Shown here: in pieces, positions 13,121-24,653 of the stretch
Layout of the letters: every line of letters starts with the position of its first letter
Position numbering within the stretch: the first letter of the stretch is position 1
Assembly (NCBI RefSeq): GCF_018350175.1
Contig: NC_058368.1
Span: 159,528,001-159,592,000, forward strand
Direction: 5' to 3'
Source of the DNA: Felis catus
Lineage: Eukaryota
DNA: 64,000 bases
Made by a program: the position numbers and the translations under genes
The notes under the pieces: model-generated
Seen by the model: the letters and a program-made list of their open reading frames with translations, nothing else
What the model was told of the DNA's origin: nothing
The model's database searches: none

Positions 13121-14556
13121 CAGGCAAAGAGGCCTCTGTCACAGAAAGACAGAGGTGTGCCCCAGTCTGCTGTCTGTCCAGGGTAACAGCCTGCCAAGAA
13201 CCATCTCTCCAGTTGGAATAGTCCTGTGGAACCCAAGTTTGCAAGCTCCCCTGGCTACCAGAGCCAGGTGATCAAGAGGCATCCTCTGGAGAGCAACTGC
13301 AAAAACTGGGGCACCAGATATAAAAACCAGGGCACTAACCATGTGTAAATCTCCCCTCCAGGAGACACTAGTACTCTGGAGTGCAGCAAAGGGAGAATGT
13401 GAAGATAGCACCTACATCTGAAGTCTCTAGAAAGGATTAAGGTCAGTCCCTAGATGAGTATTTAATTAGAAGGCTGCCCCTCAGGCCACAGCCATGATGA
13501 TTAGCCTTCTTCACAAAAGACAGGATTCTTAGGTCTGTTGCCTCTTGCTCTCCCCTGGGGTGGTAGCTATTTAAGAACTAGAGAAAGAGGCCTAGTGGTA
13601 ACAGCCCAATGGGACCCATAAGCATAAACCCCATTTGGCTACCAGAGTTAAGTGATACAAAGTTATCTCCAGGAGCAGCTGCAAAAAATGGGTGTGCCAG
13701 ACAAGGGTATGAGCTCCTTTCTGAGTGGCACCTATTATTACAGTTCCACAGGACTAGGAACACAAGCTCCTCTGGTTTCTAGAGCCAGGCAGTCAAGATG
13801 TGTCCTCTGAGTAGAAGCCACAAAGATTAGGGCACCAGGAACATACATGTAAAAGCTCCTCCCAGGAGGTACTGATGTTCTGGAGCATGAGAAAGGGAAT
13901 GCATGAAGATGGCATCCAACAGTCTCTATCCCCACAGTGTTCCAGCAGGCTGCTAGATGTGTGTACTAAATTCAATGCCTGCCCCTAAGGCCCATGCTTA
14001 ATAAAAGCAGGTGAGCCTTCTTCACTTTAAGTTTGGATATAATCAACTACCTCGAGCTGGGCCCTGGAGTGCATAAGTCTGACCAAGGGGGCCCTTTAAG
14101 AGCTGTGTCCCAGATTGCTACAAGCTTGTGGGTCTTAGGATGTCAGCCTTTTTGGTTTTCAAAGTTAGATATTTTGGGGACTTGTTTCTCTGGTGCAGGC
14201 CCTAAAAGCTGAAATGTTCAATGTGGGATTCAAACCCTTTCTTTGCTTCTCAGAAAGAAGTTATGGGTTTTGAGATTTTTCAAAGCTGTGGGTTGCCAGA
14301 CTGGGGGTGTGGTTTAGGGTGAGAAATGTGTACCAGACACTCCAACCATTTCGATGTAGTTTTCTTCTTGTTTCTCTGGTATGTAGTTGTCACTCAACCA
14401 GCTTTTAGGGTTTTTTTTTCTTTCTTTTTATTTGGGGGGGGGGGTTGTTTTGTTTTTCTAAAGAGGAAATTGTTTTATATGTACCTAGAGACTAAGTATG
14501 TCTAGGGGAGGAGTTGAGTTCAGGATCTTCCTATGTTTCCACCTTGAACTGAAAAC
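13121..14556 (-). mobile_element. Inverted L1 5' UTR segment containing the element's 5' start and diverged tandem units
   Basis: The minus strand from ~14555 reads gagttttcagttcaaggtggaaacataggaagatcctgaactc, an L1 5'-start motif. Repeat units at 13190-13860 are reverse complements of the sense unit near 14600-14695. Confidence 0.85.
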
Positions 14557-17500
14557 TCTGCCTTGCTCCAGCTTGCCAATATCTTCCAGAGAAGAGCTTA
14601 TATACTCATCTTAAGCCCGAGTTTTGGTGATTGCAACTCAGGGAACATCACCATATTGCCATGGCAGTGGGGCTTACACTAACAGTTCCACAGTACATAT
14701 ATTTTTGCATACTTTTAAAAGCTACTGCCTAAGGGTCTGGCTTCCAAATAGCTTGAATCTAGGTGCTGAGATCCTCCCCTTAGGGACACTGGCTGGTGTT
14801 AGCCCATCCTAAACTACTGGGAGCTATTAAAAATATAATAGGCTATTTGGACAGCCCAAAAGTTTGAGAGAAAACAAAGAGCGAGGGCAAGATTAAATGA
14901 CAAAGTTCATTTCCTACATAAGGTCACCCATTCAGGACTGGGAGAAGTGGTTGTTTTAACTACTGTATAGAAACCAACCCAGAGTGAAGAAAAATGAAGA
15001 AACAGAGAAATATGTTCCAGATAAAAGAAGAAGATAAAACTTTAGAAATAAATCTTAATAAAATGGAGATAAGTGATTTACCTGATAAAGGTAATGGTCA
15101 TAAAGATGCTCACCAAACTGGGAAGAAGAATGCATAAACACAGTGACAACTTCAACAAAGGATGAGCAATATAAACAAGTACCAAATAAAAGTCACAGAG
15201 GTGAGGAATACAATAATTAAACTACAAAATACACTAATGGAGTTTCAGCAGTAGACTAGATGAAGCAGAAGAAATGATAAATCAACTAAAAGACAAATCA
15301 GTGAAACTCACCCAATCAAAGTAGCAAAAGGAGAAAAAAAAAATGAAAAAAAGTGAAGATATTTGAAGGGGCTTATAAGACAACATCAAACAGACTAACA
15401 TCTGCATAACATTACAGGGGTCCCAGAAGCAGAAGAGGAGAGAAGGGAGCAGAAAGTTTTGTGAACAAACAATGGCGGAAAACTTACATAGCCTGGTAAA
15501 GGAAAAAGACATCCAGATCCTGGAGACCCAGAGAGTTGTAAATAAAATGAACCCAAAGAGACCCACATTAAGATACATTATAACTAAAATGTCAAAAGTT
15601 AAAGACAAAGAATATTTAAAGAAGCAAGAAAAAAAAATCAACTTGTTTTGTACAATGGAAGCCGCATAGGGCTATCAGCACATTTTTCAGCAGAACCTTT
15701 GCAGGACCAAAAGGGAGTAGCAAGATATGTTCAAAGTGCTGACATAATAAACACTTCCAATCAAAAATACTTTACTCGGCAAAGTTATCATTTAGAATTA
15801 AAGGAGCAATAAGCAGTTTTCCAGAAAAGCAAAATATGAAGAGGTTTATCACCACTAAATTGGCCTTACAGGAAATGTTAAAGAGATTCCTTTCAGCTGA
15901 TGGGGGCCAGGCTGGGGGGGTGGGGGTGGGGAGGCACTAATTAGTAACAAGAAAACATATGAAAGAATAAATCTCACTGGAAAGGTAAATATATAGTAAA
16001 GGAATGGATTAATCACTTGTGGAGAAGGTTAAATGATAAATGAGTAAAAATAATTGATTACAATAATTACTGAAGAGATACACAAGATAAAAAGATGTAA
16101 AATATGAAATCAAAAACATAAACACAGGGTGGTATAGTAAAACTGTTGAGTTTTAGAATGGGATCAAACTTATGTTGTTATCAACTTAAAACAGACTCTT
16201 ATAGATAACAAGCTATTAATGTAAGCCTATAGTAACCAAAAAGCAAAAACCTATAGTAAATATACAAAAGATAAAATGAAAAAATATATATATACCACTA
16301 AAGAAAGTGATCAAACCACAAAGGAAGAGAGCAATAGAAGAAAAAGGAACACAAGGGAACTACAAAACAGCCTATAAATAATTAACAATATGGCAATAGG
16401 AGAAAAAGTACATAATTATCAATAATTAGTTTAAATTTAAATGGAATAAAGTCTCCAGACAAAAGATGTAGAATGGCTAAATGGATGAAAAAAGATCCAT
16501 CTATATACTGCATACAAGATATTCACTTCAGATATGAGGGCACACACAAACTGTAAGTGAAGGAATGGAAAAAGAAACAATGCCAATGGAAACTAAAAGA
16601 AAGCTATAATAGCTATACTTACATCAGAAAAAATAAACTTTAAAACAAAGACTGTAACAAGAGACAAAGATGAATATTATAATGATAAAAAGATCAATCC
16701 AACAAGAGGATATAACTTTTTATAAATATTTATGCCCCCAACATGGAACCTAAATATATAAAGCAAACATTAACAGATATAAAGGGGGAAATAAAATAGA
16801 CAGCAATGCAAGTATAGTAGTGTATATTAATATCCTACTATATCAATGTATAGATCATTCAGGTAGAAAATCAATAAAGAAACATCAGCCTTAAACAACA
16901 TGTTAAACTAAAGGACTTAACAGATACATACAGAACATCCCACCCAAAAGCAACAGAATACACATTCTTTTCAAGTTCACATGAAATATTTTCATGAGAG
17001 ATTATCCTTTTGGCCACAAAACAAGTCTTAGTAAACTTAAGAGGATTGAAATAATATCAAAAGTCTTTTTTGACCACAGTGGTATTAAACTAGAAATAGA
17101 AACTAGGTAGAAAGTAGAAACTAATTACATGACAAGTGGGAAAATTCACAAATATGTGGATATTGAAATGCTACTGAACAACCATTGGGTCAAAGAATAA
17201 ATAAAAAGAGAAATCAAAAAAAAAAATACCTTGAGACAAATGAAAATGGAAACATACCAAAATTTGTGAGGTGCAGCAAAAGCAGTTCTAAGAGGAAAGT
17301 CTATAGCAATAAATGCCTGCCTCAAGAAATAAGAAAAGTCTCAAATGAACAACCTAATTTTATACCTCAAGAAACTAGAAAAAGAATAACAAATAAATCC
17401 AAAGGTGGTAGAAGAAAGGAAATAAGAAAGATTAGAAGAGAAATACAAAAAAAGACAATAGATAAATCAATAAAACTAAGAGCTGCTGCTTTGGAAAGGT

Positions 17501-19291
17501 AAAAAAAAAAATGACAAGCCTTTAGCTAGTCTCACTAAGAAAAAACAAAAGAGGACTTAAAAAAATCATAAATGAAAATGGAGATTACAACTGATACCAC
17601 AGAAATACAAACAATTATAAGAGACTACTATGAATTATTATATGCCAACATATTAGACAACCAATAAGAAATGGGTAAATTCCTAGAAATATACAACTTA
17701 CCATGACTGAATCATAATGAAATAGAAAAATCTGAACAGGCCAATCATTAATTAAGAGATTGAATCAGTAATAATAATAATAATAATCCCAACAAACAGA
17801 AGTCCAGGACCAGACAGCTTCACTGGTGAATTCTACCAGACACTCAAAGAATTAATACCAATCCTCAAATGCCACCAAAAAAAAAAAAAAAAAAAAAAAA
17901 AAAAACAGAAGAGGAGGGAACTCTTCCCAGTAGATTTTGAGGCCAGCATTACCTTAATACCAAAACCAGACAAGGATACCATAAGAAAATAAAATTAAAG
18001 CCAATATTCTTGATAAACATAGATGCAAAATCCTCAGCAAAATATTAGCAAACTGAATTCAGCAATACATTAAAATGATCACACACCATGATCAAGTGGT
18101 ATTCTAGGGATGCCAGAATGGTTCAACATCCACAAATTAGTCAATGTGAAAGAAACACCACATTAACAAAATGAAATACAAAAATCATTTTATCATCTCA
18201 ATAGATGCAGAAAAGCCATTTGACAAAATTCAACATCCATTTATGATAAAAACTCTCAACAAAGTGAGTATGGAAGAAATATATCTCAACATAATAAAGG
18301 CCATATATGAAAAGCCTATAGCTAATATTGCACTTTATGGTGAAAAGCTAGAAGACTTTCCTCTGAGATTAGGAATAAGATAAGGATGCCCACTCTTGCC
18401 ACTTCTATTCAACATAGTATTAGAAGTTATAGCCAGTGCAATTAGATAGGAAAAAGAAATAAAAAGCATCCAAATTAGAAAGGAAGAAGTAAAACAGTCA
18501 CTATTGGCCGATCCCATGATACTATATATAGAAAACCCTGAAGACTCCATTAAAAAAACATTAGAATAAACAAATTCAGTAAAGTTACAAGGTACACCAT
18601 CAATACACAAAAATCTGTTGTATTTCTATATACTAATAACAAACTATCAGAATAAGAACTTAAAAAACACCCTATTTACAATTGCATCAAAAAAAATAAA
18701 ATATCTAGGAATGAATTTAACCAAGGAAATGAAAGACTTGTGTAATGAAAACTGTAAGATATTAAAGAAAAACATTGAAGAAGATACAAATAGAAAATTA
18801 TTCCATACTCATAAATGGAAAGAATCAATATTGTTAAAATATACATAGGCAAGGCAATCTATATAGGTTCAGTTAATTCCCTATCAAAATATCAATGGCA
18901 TTTTTCAAAGAAATAGAACAAATAATCCTCAAATGTCTATAGAACCACAAAAAAAACCTTGAGTAGACAAAGCAATCCTGAGAAAAAAGAACAAACCTAG
19001 AGGCATCACAGCACCTGGTTTAACACTATATTACAAAGCTACAGTAATCAAAACAGTGTAGTATTGACATAAAAAGGACCTAGATCAGTGGAACAGAATA
19101 GAGAGACAAGAAAAAAAAAACCCACCCCTATATAATGAATTTATAAAAAAATGAGTCAAGAATACATAATGGGGAAAAAACAGTTTCTTCAATAAATGGC
19201 ATTAGGAAAACTGAACAGCCATATGCAAAAGAATGAAATTTTACCATCTTACACCATACACAAAAATTAACTTAAAATAAATTAAAGACTT

Positions 19292-19588
19292 GGGGCACCT
19301 GGGTGGCTCAGTCAGTTAAGTGTCTAACTCTTGGTTTCGACTCAGGTCATGATCTCATGATTTCTGAGTTTGAGCCCCACACCAGGCTCTGTGCTTAAAT
19401 CACATGTGGGACTCCAACTGTGCTTAAAGCACAGAGCCCACATGGTATTCTTTCTCTCCTGCTCTCTCTGCCCCTCCCCACCTTGTGCTTTTTCTCTTTC
19501 TCTCTCAAAATAAATAAATAAACTTAAAAAAAAAAACCTTTAAAAAGAAAACAAAGCAAACCAATAAATAAATAAGTAAGTAAGTAAG

Positions 19589-19623
<35 letters not shown>

Positions 19624-19625
19624 AG
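19292..19625 (+). mobile_element. Can-SINE inserted in L1 ORF2, long (TAAA/TAAG)n tail
   Basis: ggggcacctgggtggctcagtcagttaag head; flanked by taaagactt. Confidence 0.95.
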
Positions 19626-19636
19626 TAAAGACTTAA

Positions 19637-19865
19637 GGGCACCTAGGTGACTTGGTCATTTGAACAACTTACTCTTGATTTTGACTCAGGGCATGTTCTC
19701 ACTGCTCATTTGGGAGATCGAGCCCCTCATTGGGCTCTGTGCTGACAGCTTGGAGCCTGCTTGGGATTCTCTCTCTCCCTCTCTCTCTACTCCACCCCTA
19801 GCCCCATGCTTGTACCTGCTCTCTCATAATAAATAAATAAGTATTTAAAAAATAAATTAATAAAC
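19637..19865 (+). mobile_element. Second Can-SINE in tandem with the previous one
   Basis: gggcacctaggtgacttgg head and ggagcctgcttgggattctctctc core; followed by a third taaagactt. Confidence 0.93.
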
Positions 19866-21289
19866 TAAAGACTTAAATGTAAGACCTGAAACCATAAAAT
19901 TCCTACAAAAAAAAAAACATAGTAAGCACCTGGACATTATGGTTATGATTTTTCAAATCTGACACCAAAATCAAAAGCAACAAAAGAAGAAAAATAATAA
20001 GTGGGGCTACATCATACTGAAAACTTCTGCACAGCAAAGGAAACCCTTAACAAATTGGAAAGGCAACCTAGTGAATGGGAGAAAATACTTGCAAATCATA
20101 TATCTAATCAGGTGTTAATATTCAAAATATATAAAGAACTCATACAACTCAATAGCAAAACAAAAAACAAACAAAAAACAAACAAAACAAAAAACATCAG
20201 ATTAAAAAATGGGCAGAAATAGACATTGTTCCAAAAAGATGGACAGATGGCCAAAACATGTAAATGCAAAGATGTTCAAAATTATTAATCATTGGGGAAA
20301 TGCAAATCAAAACCATAATAAAATATCACCTCATACCTGTTAAAATGGCTATTATCAAAAAGACAAGAGATAACAAGTGATGGCAAGGATGTGGAGAAAA
20401 GGGACGCTTGCACACTGTTAGTGGGAATGTAAATTGGTATAGACACTATGAAAAACAGTAATAAATTTTTTGAATATTCTCAAAAAATTGAGATAGAACT
20501 ACCATATGATCCAGTATTTCTACCTATATCGGTTTTTATCCAAAGAAAATGAACCGTTAACTCGAAAAGATATATGTATCCCTGTGTTCATTGCAGTATT
20601 ATTTACAGTAGCCAAGATATGGAAATAACCTAAGTATCAATGCATGAATGGAAAAAGAAATTATTGTGTATATGTATACAGTGTAATGTTACTCAACCAC
20701 AAAAAAAAGGAATAAAATCTTGCCACTTGCAATGGCATAGATGGACCTTGACAGTATTATGCTAAGTGAAATAAATCAGAGAAAGATACGTAGCATATAA
20801 TTATGTGGAATCAAAAAAAAAAATCTCATAGAACAGATTGTGGTTGCCACAGGTAGGGCTCTGGGTTGGGAGAAATGGGTGAAGGGGTCAAAAAAAACAA
20901 AAGATAAAAAAGAAAGAAAGAAAATGGAATGAAGAACACTAGTCAAAAAGCACTATGAAGCCAGTGAAATTGAACCCAATTTTTCTTTACTACTCAAATC
21001 ACTATTTATTTAAAAATCAAAACTAAGCAGCTTGACCTTTCAGAGATTCTGATTTTCTAAATAACATTAGTTGTTATTTCCAAATGAAATTGCAGAGCAT
21101 TTCTGGATAGGAATGATTTATTTCCCTTGTGTTTTAAATGAAGTAATTCTGATACCTGTTTGATTCTATGTATTAGTGTGGCCAAATATTTCTAGTCCCT
21201 TTATTCATTTGTAATTCCCATATGTCTCAAAAATGTGTTCGTCTAAAGCAGGGTTTCACAATTATGAATATATATTGCTCTGTAAATTA

Positions 21290-21430
21290 ATTGTTCATAT
21301 ATGCACCTCCCTTGTTATGATGAGCTCTTAAAGAGAAGAGTGGTCCTTATTTACCTTTGAGTTGCCAGCCCCTAGCCCAGTGCCTTGTATATATATTAGA
21401 TGTTCAGTAAGTTATTGTCAAGTAAGTGAA
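21290..21430 (+). mobile_element. L2 3' end fragment
   Basis: tgagctcttaaagagaagag...cccagtgccttg...tgttcagtaagttattg. Confidence 0.6.
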
Positions 21431-22139
21431 TTCTATGTCTATTTATGCAGAAATGGCTACATAATTTGAGAGTCTAGTGTGTAATATGGAGCTTCTTATT
21501 AAAGAAAGTCCTTAAGATTTTCAAGATGGTTACTGTTGAGCTTGTGCAAGTGCGATAGGTCACTTACCCACTAAGCCTGCCCTACCTTCATGCTGTCAAT
21601 TACCCACAGACTTTTACTTTTGTTCCTGAGCAGGAAGTAATTTAGAAAAGATTTTATTTCATAATGGCTGTAAAAAATATATTGACAAGGATACCAAATA
21701 AAGGCAAAAGACAATAGCTTTGGGGCTGTTACTTACAACATAACAAAGACCAAAGAGAGTTTCCAAATAAGGTTTGAAATACAAAACAGAAAATTGTAGT
21801 GAAGTAGAAGGAATAAATGTTCAACATTTTACTATCAATATTTGTAGCTTTTTTCTTTCTAAACTACCTACTTAAGAATAACTTCACAATTCACCATATA
21901 TTTGATTAGATTAACATTTTCAAATAATTTAAAATAAGCTCCCCATGTTCATGTGCAGTATTGTAACACCAAATATTTGGAGTACAATACAATTTCACTA
22001 ATACTAAACAAATTATTGATTTCTTGCATGATTCAAAAGGCACTTCAGGCTCTCTCAAGGTCATTGTTAAAAGATAGCATTTTTCCTTGACCCTCAAGCG
22101 CAAAGGACTGAGTTAATCAGGGCCCATAGCTCACGACAT

Positions 22140-23340
22140 GTTTTTAACATTGGCCATTAAAAAACATCTCTCTTTTTTTTATTCATTTAGTGCCTTTTAT
22201 ACCCTTACCTGCCTCCCATTACTACTTCCTCTCCAGGCAGTCATTCAATTCTGTTCAATGTATTTCTTTTTGCTTATATGTCTTACAAAAATGTGATTTT
22301 GTTTGTTTTGGATGAGTGCATTCAAATCATGAATTCAAATTTATGGATTCATTTAGGTACGTAATTTTGTGTGTTACTCATGTTCTTACTTTTCTAAGCA
22401 CTGTGTTTTTAAGATTCATTCACATTTGCTACGTGAACAGAATTCATTGTTTCTAACCACTACATGATATTCCATGGCATACACCCACCACTTTCTATTA
22501 TCTGTTCTCCCAGTGATGGACATCCAGATTGGTTCAACTCCCACCACCACAAATAATGGACCAATGAATATTCTTGTACATGTCCCTTAATAGATCAGTG
22601 TGAGACTTTCCTGGGGATATACATTGGGAAAAGGAATAGTTTAGATATAAGGTATAAGAAAAGTTATTGTGAGTAAGTCAACTTATATCACTCTTCTTAA
22701 TGGCTCCATTATTTTTATCTCCCACTAGCAATAAATGTGGACTATTCTATCACTACCACCCTGTCAATATTTGGTGCTACCTAGCTTTCTAATTATTGCT
22801 AGGAGTATAGGTATAAAATGATAGCTCATCATCCTTTTATTTGTGTTTTCAGCATTACAAATGAATTTGAGCATCTCTTTGATAACTCATTAGGTTGCCT
22901 TTTTGTAAATTTCAGATCTTATGCCTATTTTATTGGGTTTTCTGTCTTCTTTTTGTTAATTTGCAAAATTTCTTTTATATTTTAGATATTAGTCCTCTCT
23001 CAGTTGTAGATATTACACACCTTTTCCTCTTTACCATTCTGTTGTCTGTGTATTATCTTAGTCTATGATGTCCTTCACTGAACAGATCCTTTATTCTGAT
23101 AAAAATATGTTTTCCTCTTATGTTTTAAAATTTTAAAGTTTTGTTTTAAAAAACTTTCCTAGGCCCCAACTCACCAAAATATTTTTCTGCATTGTCTTCT
23201 ACTACCTTTTATATTTATTTTTCACATGTAGACATTTAACTAGGCATGTGTTGTTGGGTCCTCAGTCTATATAGAGAACCAGTTTTCCATAATGCTACCA
23301 ATAAACAATCTATTTTTTACCATTGATTTGTGCCACAATA
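22140..23340 (-). mobile_element. Old L1 (L1ME-like) 3' portion
   Basis: Reverse L1 motifs ttctcccagtgatggacat...aatgaatattcttgtacatgtccc...atgaatttgagcatctctt. Confidence 0.8.
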
Positions 23341-24021
23341 TCAAAATATCATTGTGCTAATTAAATACTAAAATGTACAAAAAATGTTAAAATGATCTAT
23401 TTCAGATAAAATAATACATTGTTTTATTATTTGTTTCTAATAAAGAAGGACTTTGAACTTTGCTAAAGGGAAATTTGTATAATAATTTAAGACACTCAAG
23501 TGTAGGGGTAGTAGCCACAAGAAAAGTGAGCTCCCTGTCCCTGGAGTTGTTTAAGTACAGGCTGAATGGTGTATAACCTCATTGTGCAAAATAAGAGGAT
23601 CAGGCTATCTATTATCTAGGGTCCTATGTGAGCTTAAGTTCAATGATTCTATAAGTCTATGCCATCTAAATTTCCTTCCAACTTATTGAAACTGATTTTT
23701 TTTAATGTTGTCTTCTCTCCTTTATAAAATATTCCTATAATTGTATCAAATGTCTTTGCCCTGGAAACTTATGAAGTAATTATGCATATATCTTCTTATA
23801 TAAAATACTCACAGAGCTTTGACTGCAGGTTCTATGTAAATGAGATGAATTATACCCTATATCATTATGCATCAGGCTTGCCTTTGTTCACCTTTGCCAA
23901 CTCCTTGACTGATTTCTTCAAATAAATATTGTATCTCCTGCAAGGTTTTCCTAAGAATTGTAGAGCTGTCTTTGCAGAGGTAAAAAGTGAAGTCAGGCAT
24001 ACCGATTCATTGAGGAAACAG

Positions 24022-24090
24022 CTTCCTTCCTTCCTTCCTTCCTTCCTTCCTTCCTTCCTTCCTTCCTTCCTTCCTTCCTTCTTCCTTCCC
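24022..24090. repeat. (CCTT)n tetranucleotide microsatellite
   Basis: Directly visible; source of the KEGR/PSFL spurious ORFs. Confidence 0.97.
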
Positions 24091-24121
24091 TCTTTTGAAC
24101 TTACTAAGAGTTCTTTACACA

Positions 24122-24653
24122 TGTAGGGGAGGAAAAAAATCTTTTCTTCTACCCATTTTAGGTTCTCCAGCTGGAGCCCTATAAATTAGACTAGTTATAG
24201 ACAGATTAACAAGGGAAAAACAAACAGAACTGTATCAATATGTGCATGCTACATGTACACATGTGAGCACCCCATGATGAGTAACCCAAAGGAGTGTTTA
24301 GAATTGGGGCTTATATACCATCTTAGGCTAAGCAAAGGAAAAGGAATCTGGGACTTCTGAGAGAAGAAAGCAAGTTATGGGAAGGTAACTAGGAAAAGTT
24401 TGGTGAACAAAGGTTGTTTAATTAAGCTTTTTATGCAGATTTAAGCACTGGCTACTAGTTAAGAGTGCCCCTCTTCCTCTTCCTCATGCTGGAGAGAGGG
24501 AGACATCTACAAATGGAAATCTCTTTTACAAAAGCAAGACCTCTGCTCGGTTTTTAGAGCTTTTCCTTCATCTTATTCTCAAAGGCCTTTACCTCAAAAT
24601 AATCCATATGTCAAAATGGCATATTTTGAGGCGGTATATTCTGGAATCTGTCA
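24122..24653 (-). mobile_element. Solo LTR, ERV1 class (MER34/MER39-like carnivore LTR)
   Basis: TG...CA termini. The minus strand starts tgacagattccagaatataccgcctcaaaatatgccattttgacatatggattattttgag, which resembles the MER34-group 5' end. Confidence 0.75.

Larger units (their letters stand above)
13121..20946 (+). mobile_element. Near full-length decayed LINE-1 (L1MA9/L1_Carn-like) with inverted 5' UTR
   Basis: ORF1 remnant ~14994-15900 and ORF2 remnant ~16390-20650 (RT motif [17 protein letters not shown] in ORF 18171-18383), with many stops and frameshifts. TSD aaagtactatgaagtcagtga 13100-13120 / aaagcactatgaagccagtga 20947-20967. Confidence 0.95.

Noticed and set aside
15282..20222. Series of ORFs of 65-119 aa
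   Set aside because: Fragments and antisense frames of decayed L1 ORF1/ORF2; multiple stops and frameshifts mean the element is not active.
23865..24126. KEGR- and PSFL-repeat ORFs
   Set aside because: Translations of the (CCTT)n microsatellite.
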